Shown here: positions 1 to 9,983 of the stretch, piece after piece
Position numbering within the stretch: position 1 is the first letter of the stretch
Layout of the letters: the number at the start of each line of letters is the position of its first letter
NCBI GenBank assembly: GCA_003524095.1
Contig: DOEE01000003.1
Location: forward strand, 89,171-153,170
DNA length: 64,000 nt
Direction: 5' to 3'
Source: Clostridiales bacterium
Lineage (GTDB): Bacteria; Bacillota; Clostridia; Christensenellales; UBA1242
Notes under the pieces: generated by a model
Told to the model about the DNA's origin: nothing
Database searches by the model: none
The model's input: only the letters and a program-made list of their open reading frames with translations
Made by a program: the position numbers and the translations under genes

Positions 1-804
1 TTGGTTTACAAAGAAATCGTAATAATCGCTTAATGTCTTTTGGGTTGATGTGATTTTGGCATTTAATTTTGCTATTTCGTCCGATCCTTTAGGAAGCAAT
101 GCAATTGCATCTTTCCATTGTTTGATATAACTGTTTATTTCTGCTTCTTTCTTCAAATATTCAGCGTTTAGTTCATCATATTTTGCATAAAAACTAGCCA
201 TGTTATCAGGAATAACTTTTGATACCAAATTTGCTATATTGTCATATTGAGTAAATAGTTCGTCCAAAGTTTTGGTGTCTACATCTGATGCTGTAGGTTT
301 AAGTCTTTTTACACTTTCTTTTAGTTCTTCTATTTGACTTTTTGCACCAGCAATTATTCCGTTTTCGTCAAAAAACTTGTTGACTTTGTTTACAACAGAT
401 TTACTCATTTCGGAGTAGTCTTGTTTTGAACCACTAAAAGTAATTGTAACAGTTGTGCCACTAGCCGTGATGTCAAGGCTGATTTTTCCCGCTTTGGTAG
501 TAATTTTAACAAAAAGTTCGGCAGCATCTTCGGCTGTAAGTCCTATAAATTCACCATTTAATTCTAGTGCTTTGCCGTCATTATTGAGTGCTACAACTCT
601 CATAACTTTGTCGTTTCCGTTTAGAACAAATTGTACACTAGGATTTGTCTCACAAGTCATTATGCTTGTTGCGGTTTTTTCTCTTAGTTCGTATTCTTTC
701 TTTCTATTGGCATTTGCAACTATTAGGCATATTGCAGTAACTATTAATGCAACAGCGACTACTGCGCTTGTTATTATTGTAATTAATTTTGCTTTTTTTG
801 TCAT
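1..804 (-). CDS. hypothetical membrane-anchored protein (start inside window, 3' end runs off the left edge)
   Basis: The minus-strand frame is open across all 268 codons (checked triplet by triplet). ATG at 804-802 is preceded by a GGAG SD (ctcaaaGGAGattaatATG). An N-terminal hydrophobic helix reads LITIITSAVVAVALIVTAICLIV. It is absent from the ORF track because there is no stop in the window. Confidence 0.7.
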   Translation of the reverse strand, partial: MTKKAKLITIITSAVVAVALIVTAICLIVANANRKKEYELREKTATSIMTCETNPSVQFVLNGNDKVMRVVALNNDGKALELNGEFIGLTAEDAAELFVKITTKAGKISLDITASGTTVTITFSGSKQDYSEMSKSVVNKVNKFFDENGIIAGAKSQIEELKESVKRLKPTASDVDTKTLDELFTQYDNIANLVSKVIPDNMASFYAKYDELNAEYLKKEAEINSYIKQWKDAIALLPKGSDEIAKLNAKITSTQKTLSDYYDFFVNQ

Positions 805-961
805 ATTAATCTCCTTTGAGATGATATTTCACAATTTCATTTTAGCAATTGAATATGATTTAGTCAAATAATTTCTTCAAATTATTTTGGCAATATTTAA
901 TTAAATGTCTAAAACTAATTTAAATTAAAACCATACATTTATTTTATATAAATAAATTCGT

Positions 962-990
962 TTGACTTTGATGTAAGTATTTATTAAAAT
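962..990 (+). promoter_or_regulatory. candidate sigma-A promoter (TTGACT-17-TAAAAT)
   Basis: The hexamers and 17-nt spacer were read directly. It lies about 200 nt upstream of the 1193 start, so the gene assignment is uncertain. Confidence 0.3.
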
Positions 991-1192
991 AAAATATACT
1001 TAAAAAATTTATGTGATATTAAATCTTGCTGAAGTTTGATGTCTGTTAGACTGAATTTTCAAACATACTTAGGGCAAATTTTTGAGTGTCATGTAGATAA
1101 AACAAAATGCTTTTGAGAATAATAAAGTAAAAAGGCCACCAAAGTTGGTCAAAGTCTTAAAAGTTCGACAAAGTTAGTTGAGTAGGTGAAAG

Positions 1193-3586
1193 ATGAAATT
1201 TTGGAAAAATTTTGTGATATGTATGGTGGCTATTGTTTCGTGTATATTATTTAGTGCATGCAACTGTAGTCGAACCCAAGTAGAAGTATCCAAAGATTTG
1301 GATGGCGATGGAATAATTTCGGAGTGGGAAACAATTTTTGAAAAAACCGATGTGCCAAATAGAATAATCACTAGTGGAAATATAGTTGAAATTTCTAGTT
1401 TTGATGAACTCAAATCCATTAATGAAAAAACGGGCGAAACCAATACATATGTTTTAACAAAAAATATTGATTGTGGTGGCGAAAGTGTTTGTATAGACCT
1501 TGGCAAATCTTCGCTTTATGGAAATAACAAAGTTATCAAAAACTTCAAGTTTTCGGATTATAAGTACTATGTTGGAAGTGGCGAAGACAAACAAGAAGTA
1601 GAAACAAGTGTTAAGGGTTTGTTTGTAAATGGTGTCAAAGTTTTTGATTTGAGACTATTTGTTGGTTTTCAGGAAATTGAAGTCAAAACCCAAAATACAT
1701 ATACTACAATTAGCCCTCTTGTAAATGTTCAAAATATTGAAAACATGACCATCAAAGGTAAACTCAAAATAAATAGAGTTGAAAGCGATGCCCGAAGTCT
1801 CAATGGACTAGATGTGTCTTTGTGTGTAGCAACACTTAATCATGTCAAAGATGCTTTGTCTAATGGTTCTAATATGTTTGATATTTTGGCTGTTAATACG
1901 AGTGTAAACAAAGTTGAAACCATAGGAAAAATTGAATACTCCCAAGCAGATACTCTTACAACTTTGAAAGTTGGAAGTATAATGCCGAATGTTAATTTGG
2001 GAAGTATAGTTTGTGATACAAAATCTAGTGTAGATATTATTGCACTTGGTCAAAGCGAGTTTGTCGGTGGAATAGTTGGTGCCAATAGTGATTTGGTTTC
2101 AACGAGTACATATACAGGAAATATTACCACAAGTTTTGATGCTTCCTTACAAGCCGAAATTGGTGGAATTGCTGGAAGAAATAATTCAAGTGGTGAAATT
2201 AAGAATTGTATAACAAGTGGCAAGATTAACTTTTCATCAGATACTCAAACACAAAGTAGAATTGGATTGTTTGTTGGTGGGGTAGTTGGTGTAAATTATG
2301 GCATACTAGACTATATTGATAGCAATACGATTATTAATTTCAAAGATGCCCCAAATTTGATTATTGGCGGAGTGTGTGGTCAAAGTTTAAATGGAATTTT
2401 TTCTAACATAATAAACAGGTCCCAAATTACACTTGAAAATTGTTCTAACTTGGAAATTTCTGAACTCTGCGGAAAATCTCAATACGGACATTTTGAACAT
2501 ATAGTTGATAGTCCCAAAATAAAAGTAGACAATTCAAACAATTCATCAAGCATTAGGCTTGGACTGCTTACAATGTTTGAAGACACAAGCATAAGTGAAG
2601 GCTATAATGCCATATATTCACCAACTTTCGCTGGAATTTTGCTTAATGGAAATATTGAAATAAATCAAAAATCTGGTGCAACTTTTAATTATAACTTGGG
2701 TCTTAGAAATACATATGAATATGATGATGTAAATGATGACGGCGAAATAACTGGCAAGAAAACTAGACTTCCAGACCAATTCTACAAACTATTTAGACTA
2801 GAATCATATTCCTTAAAGAAAAATATCATAAACAATGGAAACACGCTTCCGGAAAGTCTAACTTTGACTTATGCCAAAGATTCAAGCAATCAACCAATTA
2901 TTTCTAGAAAGGCAACAAGTTCGCTAAATGTTACAACTTTTGTAGATAACTTAGGATTTAGATATGGACTTAATCATAACGAAATAGATTTAAGCGAAAT
3001 AGACTTGGCTAAGATTAAATTTACACTTTCTCAAAATGTTTGGAAATCAAAATTCTTTGAACAAAAGAATTACAACGGCGAACTAGCTTATTATGACAAA
3101 TATATCAACGGTCCTTGTACTTTTGATGAAAAGACAGACGAAATGTATAGTTTGTTAAATGATTTAATTTTGTCTAACACAACAAGTCTTTATACACCAC
3201 TCAAATTCTCATATGCCTTCTTAAGTTCAATCAACTCAGCTTCTGTAATTGAACCAGATAGTATCCAAGAAGGAGACACTACTACAAGCACTGTTATGAC
3301 CCCATATGATTTGATGCTTAACTTTGGTCAAAATATTTGTTTACTCGCAAGCAAAGTGGCGGGAATTAAGGATAATAATAGTCTTGAATTGCTTGACGAC
3401 AACAAAAAACAAGTATCAGATGCAGACAAAAATAACATTGATGTCAAATATATTCATTTCAGAATTTATGATGTAAATCATGATTACGACTTTATGTTTA
3501 ATGTAAGTCAAAGTTATCAGATGGCAAAGAGTGCACAGGGGAATTTTGGTGATTCGATTGTGTACTTCCAATACAAAAGAAGTTAA
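1193..3586 (+). CDS. large surface lipoprotein with GLUG-type repeats
   Basis: Signal peptide with lipobox LFSAC (Cys23). Recurrent motifs GGIVGAN, IGGIAGRN, VGGVVGVN and IGGVCGQS resemble the GLUG motif. SD aGGTGAaag lies upstream. Confidence 0.6.
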   Translation: MKFWKNFVICMVAIVSCILFSACNCSRTQVEVSKDLDGDGIISEWETIFEKTDVPNRIITSGNIVEISSFDELKSINEKTGETNTYVLTKNIDCGGESVCIDLGKSSLYGNNKVIKNFKFSDYKYYVGSGEDKQEVETSVKGLFVNGVKVFDLRLFVGFQEIEVKTQNTYTTISPLVNVQNIENMTIKGKLKINRVESDARSLNGLDVSLCVATLNHVKDALSNGSNMFDILAVNTSVNKVETIGKIEYSQADTLTTLKVGSIMPNVNLGSIVCDTKSSVDIIALGQSEFVGGIVGANSDLVSTSTYTGNITTSFDASLQAEIGGIAGRNNSSGEIKNCITSGKINFSSDTQTQSRIGLFVGGVVGVNYGILDYIDSNTIINFKDAPNLIIGGVCGQSLNGIFSNIINRSQITLENCSNLEISELCGKSQYGHFEHIVDSPKIKVDNSNNSSSIRLGLLTMFEDTSISEGYNAIYSPTFAGILLNGNIEINQKSGATFNYNLGLRNTYEYDDVNDDGEITGKKTRLPDQFYKLFRLESYSLKKNIINNGNTLPESLTLTYAKDSSNQPIISRKATSSLNVTTFVDNLGFRYGLNHNEIDLSEIDLAKIKFTLSQNVWKSKFFEQKNYNGELAYYDKYINGPCTFDEKTDEMYSLLNDLILSNTTSLYTPLKFSYAFLSSINSASVIEPDSIQEGDTTTSTVMTPYDLMLNFGQNICLLASKVAGIKDNNSLELLDDNKKQVSDADKNNIDVKYIHFRIYDVNHDYDFMFNVSQSYQMAKSAQGNFGDSIVYFQYKRS

Positions 3587-3656
3587 ATAAACTATAGGCA
3601 AATATAATTGACACTTTGATTATGTTTGCCTATTTTTAAAATTTAAGGAGAAACAA

Positions 3657-4766
3657 ATGGCAAAAGCAAAAAGTTTTTGGAAAATTTTACTCAAAGTAAT
3701 TGCAATAATACTCGCCTTTTTGATACTGGTAGTTGGGACATATTTTGCATATGTTTGTATTCAATACAATCGAATTGAAGATAACCAAAAAATAGATGTT
3801 GTGGGAAACAAAGAAAGTGTTGTTAGGCTAGATACTGAGTACTCGATAACAACATATAATATTGGATTTGGGGCGTATTCACAAGACTTTTCGTTTTTTA
3901 TGGATTCTGGGGAAACTTTGGATGGCCAAAAACTTCAAGGCACAGGAAGTGTTGCCAAGTCCAAAGATACAGTAATCTTTAATACAAATGGTGCAATAGA
4001 TACCATTAAGAGTGTAAATCCAGACTTTGCCTTTTTTCAAGAAGTAGATGTCAAGGCGGACAGAAGCCACAAAGTGAATCAGTATCAAGAGATTCAAAAG
4101 AATTTTGAAGATTATTCGAGTTCAATTTCAATTAATTTTCATAGCGCATATCTATTTTATCCATTAACTTCGCCACATGGCAAGACCGATGCTGGAATTA
4201 CAACTCTTTCAAAGTATAATATTACCAGTGCTACACGTCGAAGTTTGCCAGTAGACGAGAGTTTTCCGACCAAGTTCTTTGACCTAGATAGATGCTTTCA
4301 AGTGACTAGACTACCTATTCAAGAAAGTTCCAAAGAATTAGTGTTAATTAATATCCACTTAAGTGCTTATGACGAAGGTGGAAAGGTTAGAGCTAGACAA
4401 CTAGAAATGCTTAATGGCGTTTTGAATGAAGAAAAGCAACTAGGCAATTATGTTATAGTTGGTGGAGATTTTAATCACGACATAGCAGGTTCAATTGGAA
4501 CATGGGAGACAAACAGAAAACAACCCGAGTGGGTGTTTGTTCTAAATAGCGATAATTTGGCAGACGGCTTTAGATTTGTAAGTTCCAAAAATGCTCCAAC
4601 GTGTAGGTCGACAGATACAGCTTATATTAAGGGCGAAAGTTATACGGTTGTTTTGGACGGATTTATTTGTTCAGATAATATCACCGACATTAATATTTCA
4701 AACATAGATACAGATTTTATGTATTCCGACCACAATCCAGCCAAGATGACATTTAAACTTGTGTAA
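3657..4766 (+). CDS. endonuclease/exonuclease/phosphatase (EEP) family protein, membrane anchored
   Basis: N-terminal TM helix. EEP signatures FFQEVD, INIHLSAY, GGDFNHD and SDHNP. SD AAGGAGAAAC lies upstream. Confidence 0.8.
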   Translation: MAKAKSFWKILLKVIAIILAFLILVVGTYFAYVCIQYNRIEDNQKIDVVGNKESVVRLDTEYSITTYNIGFGAYSQDFSFFMDSGETLDGQKLQGTGSVAKSKDTVIFNTNGAIDTIKSVNPDFAFFQEVDVKADRSHKVNQYQEIQKNFEDYSSSISINFHSAYLFYPLTSPHGKTDAGITTLSKYNITSATRRSLPVDESFPTKFFDLDRCFQVTRLPIQESSKELVLINIHLSAYDEGGKVRARQLEMLNGVLNEEKQLGNYVIVGGDFNHDIAGSIGTWETNRKQPEWVFVLNSDNLADGFRFVSSKNAPTCRSTDTAYIKGESYTVVLDGFICSDNITDINISNIDTDFMYSDHNPAKMTFKLV

Positions 4767-4786
4767 TTGGCGTTTTTAGACAGAAT

Positions 4787-4817
4787 GAATAATTCTGTCT
4801 ATTTTTTAACTCTTTTC
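4787..4817 (+). terminator. rho-independent terminator
   Basis: 10-bp perfect stem TAGACAGAAT/ATTCTGTCTA, 5-nt loop, then TTTTTT. Confidence 0.8.
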
Positions 4818-4890
4818 AAAATGCAAAAAATGTCTATTTAAGGAATTTTTTTGAAAATTAAAAGTTTTTGATTAATTTCAAAATTTTTGT

Positions 4891-4919
4891 TTGACATGAG
4901 ATTAAAATTAATTTAATAT
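4891..4919 (+). promoter_or_regulatory. candidate promoter TTGACA-17-TAATAT
   Basis: Hexamers and spacer were counted directly. It lies 30 nt upstream of the 4950 start. Confidence 0.5.
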
Positions 4920-4949
4920 AATAGTATCAAACAAAAAAAGGAGAATGTT

Positions 4950-5516
4950 ATGGCAAAAAGAAAATCTAAAAAACAAAATACCACAAGATTAGTTGTTTCA
5001 ATAATTGTTATTGCTTTAGCAGTACTTACAATTTGTACACTATTTATGCCAGTATTTAAGGCATTTACAGTAGCAACCAAGGCTGATTTGTGGGTAGCAA
5101 AAGGAACAGACGTATTCTCAGCTGCATTTGCTGGAGAACTATCTAGCGATATGACTGCAGGTACAACTGCACTTTATGGTCTAAAGGCTGCGGAAGATAC
5201 TGCATTTGTTGCAACAGTAGGATACTGGGCTTACATGCTTACTGTGTTTGTAAGTGCTGGAGTTTTGGTGTTTGCAGTTCTTGATTTATTGGGACTTAGA
5301 TTTAAACTTGTAAATATGATTTTGGGAATTGCACTAGCTGTGCTTGCCCTTGTTACTTTTATATTTGCTCTAATCATTGCTTCAAAACTAACTAGTGTTA
5401 CTACAGTTTTGGGTAGCGAAGTTGGAACTAGAACAATTGCTAGAGTTGGCATGTATTTGGGCTGTATCGGTGCATTGCTTGCAGGTGGTGCAACTGTTTA
5501 TCAAGCAAAAAACTAA
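4950..5516 (+). CDS. hypothetical integral membrane protein
   Basis: SD AAGGAGAA lies upstream. The N-terminus is basic and is followed by about 4 hydrophobic helices. No recognisable catalytic motif. Confidence 0.6.
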   Translation: MAKRKSKKQNTTRLVVSIIVIALAVLTICTLFMPVFKAFTVATKADLWVAKGTDVFSAAFAGELSSDMTAGTTALYGLKAAEDTAFVATVGYWAYMLTVFVSAGVLVFAVLDLLGLRFKLVNMILGIALAVLALVTFIFALIIASKLTSVTTVLGSEVGTRTIARVGMYLGCIGALLAGGATVYQAKN

Positions 5517-5524
5517 TTCTACAC

Positions 5525-5558
5525 AAAAAAGCAATCTCATTTGAGATTGTTTTTTTTT
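5525..5558. terminator. bidirectional terminator between convergent genes
   Basis: Stem CAATCTCA/TGAGATTG is flanked by an A-run on the left and T9 on the right. Confidence 0.7.
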
Positions 5559-5585
5559 GTTGTCTTCAAAAAGTATTATTTGACA

Positions 5586-6131
5586 CTACAAATTAGGATT
5601 ACAGCCACAATAATTTTGGCGATAAATTCCATATTTTTTGGAGTTTTGAATGGATAATAGATATCCATTATTTTTTTTGAAATTGCTTTCTAAATACTCA
5701 ATATCATATTTTTTGCCAACACTTAGTCCAATTGTATTGATTATTTCAAAATTTTTGTGCGGGCTAACTGTGAGAGTAGTTGCAAAAATATCAAAACCAT
5801 TATCTTTTGCATACTTTCCAGCATAATCTAGTCTTAATGAAAAACAAATTTTGCATCTATTTCCGCCTTCTTTTTCGTCTTCCATGCCTTTGATTTTTGT
5901 GCTAAACTCGTCGTGAGTGTAGGGAATTGCGACTATAGATATATTAGTGTTATTTTCCAAATTGACTTTTGAAATATAATCTTTGAGAGCATCAAGTCTC
6001 TTGTTGTATTCTTGAAGAGTGTCTATATTGGGGTTATAAAAAAGCAGGGTTATATCATAGTCGTTTAGTTGCCAAAGCACACCGCTTGTGCAAGGTGCAC
6101 AACAACTATGCAGAAGGAGTTTCTTTTTCAT
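5586..6131 (-). CDS. queH: epoxyqueuosine reductase QueH (DUF208)
   Basis: Motifs LLHSCCAPC, FYNPNI, CKIC and YRQNYCGC match the QueH Cys pattern. 181 aa. Confidence 0.85.
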   Translation of the reverse strand: MKKKLLLHSCCAPCTSGVLWQLNDYDITLLFYNPNIDTLQEYNKRLDALKDYISKVNLENNTNISIVAIPYTHDEFSTKIKGMEDEKEGGNRCKICFSLRLDYAGKYAKDNGFDIFATTLTVSPHKNFEIINTIGLSVGKKYDIEYLESNFKKNNGYLLSIQNSKKYGIYRQNYCGCNPNL

Positions 6132-6714
6132 TTTTGACTCCTTTTTTAAGTTCGCTATAACAATTGTAGCACATAGCCTTGTAAGTTTCGTCTCCGCCTA
6201 TCATTACTTCATCGCCGTCTAGTGTTAAATTTCCATTTACAAATCTAGCATTAACGGTTGCTTTTTTGCCACATTCACAAACCGCTTTGATTTCCATAAG
6301 ACTTTCGGCAATCTCCACAAGTCTCTTTGAGCCTTCAAACAACTCAGTTTTGAAGTTGGTAAGCAGGCCATAACAAAGAACGGGTATGTGTCTTGACACT
6401 TCCTTTAGTTCGTTTATTTGTTCAGTTGTACAAAAGTTTGCTTCGTCGACAATTACTACCGACTTAGGCTTAAATTGATTGTGCGAAAAAACAAACTTGT
6501 ACAGGTTTTCGTTTCTATCAAAAGCAAAACATTCACTTTCTAGCCCAATTCTTGAACGAACGACGATTTTTTGGTTGGTTTTGTCACGAGTATCTATGCT
6601 GGGTTTAATCAAAAGCACATCAAATCCTACTTGTTCATAATTGAATTTGCACATTAATGCTTGGGCGCTTTTGCTACTTCCCATTACACCATACTTAAAG
6701 TATAATTTTGACAT
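6106..6714 (-). CDS. tdk: thymidine kinase
   Basis: P-loop GVMGSSKS, VDEANF, and C-terminal zinc-ribbon cysteines CECG...CYNCY. 202 aa. The 3' end overlaps queH by 26 nt. Confidence 0.9.
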   Translation of the reverse strand: MSKLYFKYGVMGSSKSAQALMCKFNYEQVGFDVLLIKPSIDTRDKTNQKIVVRSRIGLESECFAFDRNENLYKFVFSHNQFKPKSVVIVDEANFCTTEQINELKEVSRHIPVLCYGLLTNFKTELFEGSKRLVEIAESLMEIKAVCECGKKATVNARFVNGNLTLDGDEVMIGGDETYKAMCYNCYSELKKGVKNEKETPSA

Positions 6715-6869
6715 ACTTTTTCTCCCTATTTGTTTTTTTAATTTTAGTAAATTTTGAAAGATTAGTCAAATTAATTTAAATTTAAAAAACACTTATTAAA
6801 AATTTGTGTTATCTATGTTTTTTTGTTAAAATATCTAAAATATGATAGGATTTTAAAGATTTTAAACAT

Positions 6870-7973
6870 ATGAAAAAGATAATATTTTTATTTTTGCTGA
6901 CACTATTTTGTTTGTGCGGATTATCTTCAAACCAAAATCTAGTGTACGCGAGTGACAAACTTATTATTACTTTTGATTTTAATTATGAAAGTATTGATAA
7001 GGCTTTATATAATACACTTCAAAACAAGCAAAGTATTGTGCAAAAAGAATATTTGTTTAACGAGCAAATTGAGTTTCCTAATGTCGATCCAGACCTAAAT
7101 GATTTTTATCAATATTACTGGACTTTAAATGGTCAAAAAGTTAATGAACTTTCTCAAGTTGCAAGTAGTAATGTTACTTACAAACTCAAAACCAGTCCAA
7201 GAAAATACACCATCTACTATGTTCTTTCGGACAAAGAACAAACCGAAACGTTAAATTACAAAGAAACCGAAACTTATTCTATTGAAAACGAGGTTCACTT
7301 TTATATACCCCAAAGACCAAATTATTATTTTATTGATTGGTACTTGACAAGGACTCTAACTGAAGGTCAAGCCAAAATGCAAACAACCAAGTTTGATAGG
7401 GGCGATATAATTTTGTATCCAAAGTGGATACCTATAGAATTTGAAATAAACTACCACACCGATGCCGAAAATCTATATAACTTGCCTAGTTATAATGTTG
7501 AAACCCAAACTTTTGAACTTCAACCTATTTCCAAGCATGGTTACATTTTTAAAGGGTGGTTTTATGATGAAAAATATTCCGTCCCAGCCACAAGAATAGC
7601 CAAAGGAACAGTTGGACAAATAAACCTTTATCCAAAATGGGATTTGCAAAAATATGTGGTTACATATATTTTGCCCGATGGTAGCACCGAAAAATATTTG
7701 GTTAAATATGGACAATCTGCAGACAAGCCCAATTTGAAATCTAACATGTTTAACATCTTGACATATAGTAAATCTACACAAAACATAACCGATGACACAA
7801 CTATTGTTATTAAGTATCACAATATCTGGTATGTATATGTGCTGGGTTTGACTTTGATAGTTGGGATAACATTAGGATTAATCTATTCTGCCAACAAACG
7901 AAAAAAGAAAATTCAAAATCTAAGAATGATTTATGCTTCAAAAAGACAAAATAAAAGAAGGTTATTTAAATAA
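6870..7973 (+). CDS. secreted, C-terminally anchored protein with Listeria-Bacteroides (Flg_new / InlB B-repeat) type repeats
   Basis: Signal peptide present. Repeats of the form Y.I.Y...G..F.GW (YFIDWY, GYIFKGWFYDEKY, YVVTYILPDG). C-terminal TM helix plus a basic tail. Confidence 0.6.
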   Translation: MKKIIFLFLLTLFCLCGLSSNQNLVYASDKLIITFDFNYESIDKALYNTLQNKQSIVQKEYLFNEQIEFPNVDPDLNDFYQYYWTLNGQKVNELSQVASSNVTYKLKTSPRKYTIYYVLSDKEQTETLNYKETETYSIENEVHFYIPQRPNYYFIDWYLTRTLTEGQAKMQTTKFDRGDIILYPKWIPIEFEINYHTDAENLYNLPSYNVETQTFELQPISKHGYIFKGWFYDEKYSVPATRIAKGTVGQINLYPKWDLQKYVVTYILPDGSTEKYLVKYGQSADKPNLKSNMFNILTYSKSTQNITDDTTIVIKYHNIWYVYVLGLTLIVGITLGLIYSANKRKKKIQNLRMIYASKRQNKRRLFK

Positions 7974-9370
7974 TGAAGGAAGAAAAAGAAGTCGGGGTAT
8001 TTAATAGTTACTCAGGCTATAACAAACTAAAAATAATTGGTATCTCAATTCTGATATTTTTGGTGGCATCGACACTGCTTTATATGTTTGTAAAATCGCT
8101 ATTTAAATATACGGTTACATACAACTTTAATGGCGGACAAATTTATAAACAAGAACTCAAATCTGATACTTATAGGTTTTTGCAAAAAGTTAATGAACCA
8201 AAGAAGGTCAAAAAAGAAGGATATTATATTGAGTATTGGAGTAAAGACGAAAATTTTAAATCAAGATTCAAATTTGGCAGTCGAATTTGGAATAGTTTCA
8301 CACTTAATGTAAAATGGGCTGATGGTGTTGCAGTAAGGCTTCATTTTGCCGAAGGCGAAGAAAATTCGGATATGCCACTTGACGACTTGAAAGGATACTA
8401 CGAACAATATGTCAAACCCGGCTCGAAATATTCCTTGCCACTTGTATTTAATACCAAGGAAGGTTCGCATTACGGTGAACAACTACTTTGGTATGATAAT
8501 CCAGAATGCACAGGAACACCTTTTGCCGAAAAAACCTATGAGTTAAACGAAAACATTGATATTTATGGTGCTTGGTTTGATACTGACTCAAGCAAGTTTG
8601 AAGTCGACGAAAATGGAGTTCTCAATAAATATTTGGGATATTGTAACAAAATAATTCTTCCAAATAATATTAAGAAAATCAAAGATATAGCGCCAGATAG
8701 GTTTAGAACGGGTGCAAGTGATGGAATTCATGATAGCGCAGGAATTTATCAAAGTGCATGGGCAAATGTAATTTCTGATGAAACTGGACTTTATGGGGGA
8801 CTTAGAATAGTATATATTAATAGCGAAATGGAAACGCTTGGCGATTGTGCATTCAGAGATTGCAAGGCACTTGAAAAACTTATTTTTTTAGGTGACAATA
8901 TTTCATCAATTGGAAAATATGCTTTTGCAAATTGTCAAAAAATTTCATATTTTGATTTGCCAACCAAGGTGACTGAGATTAAGGAAGGAACATTCCATAA
9001 TACTTTTGCAATAAACAAAAAAGTTGAAATGTATCTAGCAAATGTAACAACGATTTCTGATAATGCTTTTCAAAATTCGCATGTTGCCAAAATTACTTTG
9101 CCAAAAGTTACTTTTATTGGCAAGGGGGCATTTAAAGCCTGCAATTATTTGACAAATCTTACGATTTTAACTCCAAATACGGTAGTTATATCAAATTATG
9201 ATGGAACGAATGATAAACTTAATACTAATAGCATTTTCTATGGTGTAACTACAGACACATCAGTTGTGACGCACTTAAAAATTTATGTTCCACATAATCT
9301 AAAACCAAGTTACTTGACTAAGATTTATTGGAATATGTACAGTGATATAATTTATGAAAGTGAACAATAA
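7973..9370 (+). CDS. membrane-anchored Flg_new repeat plus BspA-type leucine-rich-repeat protein
   Basis: The start overlaps the upstream stop (TAATG). N-terminal TM helix. EGYYIEYWSKDENF repeat. The BspA/LRR_5 pattern is IGDCAFRDCKALEKLIF..ISSIGKYAFANCQKISYFDLP. Confidence 0.65.
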   Translation: MKEEKEVGVFNSYSGYNKLKIIGISILIFLVASTLLYMFVKSLFKYTVTYNFNGGQIYKQELKSDTYRFLQKVNEPKKVKKEGYYIEYWSKDENFKSRFKFGSRIWNSFTLNVKWADGVAVRLHFAEGEENSDMPLDDLKGYYEQYVKPGSKYSLPLVFNTKEGSHYGEQLLWYDNPECTGTPFAEKTYELNENIDIYGAWFDTDSSKFEVDENGVLNKYLGYCNKIILPNNIKKIKDIAPDRFRTGASDGIHDSAGIYQSAWANVISDETGLYGGLRIVYINSEMETLGDCAFRDCKALEKLIFLGDNISSIGKYAFANCQKISYFDLPTKVTEIKEGTFHNTFAINKKVEMYLANVTTISDNAFQNSHVAKITLPKVTFIGKGAFKACNYLTNLTILTPNTVVISNYDGTNDKLNTNSIFYGVTTDTSVVTHLKIYVPHNLKPSYLTKIYWNMYSDIIYESEQ

Positions 9371-9383
9371 TGGTTTGTTACTA

Positions 9384-9414
9384 GCAACAAGTTTTGTAAC
9401 TTGTTGCTTTTTTT
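9384..9414 (+). terminator. rho-independent terminator
   Basis: Stem GCAACAAGTT/AACTTGTTGC followed by T7. Confidence 0.8.
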
Positions 9415-9488
9415 GATTAAAATCTTTTTGTAAAAAAAACAAAATTTGCTAAACTAGATAAGTTAGTAAAATACTTTAGGAGTTACTT

Positions 9489-9974
9489 ATGTGTGAATGT
9501 AATAGACTTGGTACAGATAGCCAAGTCAAAGAATTTGAAAATGTGCTAGAAAAATACAAAGGCAGAAAGGATAACATTATGGTTGTTCTTCAAATGACAC
9601 AAAAGATATTTGGTTATATACCTGAAAAATCTGTGCCAAAAATTGCCGAAACTCTCAAAATGGCAGAGAGTGAAATTTATGGAATTATATCCTTTTATAG
9701 TTTCTTTACTCTTACCCCAAAGGCAAAATATAATATTGATGTGTGTCTCGGCACTGCATGTTTTGTCCTTGGTGCAAATGATGTTTTGGAAAGAATTCTA
9801 GGAAAACTCAAAGTTAGAGTTGGACAGATGACTCCGGATGGAAAATGGATAGTTACATCTTGTAGATGTTTGGGATGTTGTGGATTAGCACCAGCCATTA
9901 CCATTAATGGCGAAGTGTATGGAAAACTAAAACCCGAAGATGTGGATAGAATTTTGGATAGTTTTGCAGACTAA
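9489..9974 (+). CDS. hydC: NuoE-like [2Fe-2S] subunit of NADH-dependent [FeFe] hydrogenase
   Basis: Thioredoxin-like 2Fe-2S pattern C..GTAC...SCRCLGCCGLAP. It is the first gene of a tightly spaced three-gene operon. SD AGGAG lies upstream. Confidence 0.85.
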   Translation: MCECNRLGTDSQVKEFENVLEKYKGRKDNIMVVLQMTQKIFGYIPEKSVPKIAETLKMAESEIYGIISFYSFFTLTPKAKYNIDVCLGTACFVLGANDVLERILGKLKVRVGQMTPDGKWIVTSCRCLGCCGLAPAITINGEVYGKLKPEDVDRILDSFAD

Positions 9975-9983
9975 GGAGATAAC

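Noticed and set aside
455-871. 138-aa + strand ORF from the track.
   Set aside because: It has a low-complexity Ser/Ala/Leu-rich translation and no SD. It lies entirely antisense to a well-supported minus-strand gene (1-804) that has an SD and a TM helix.
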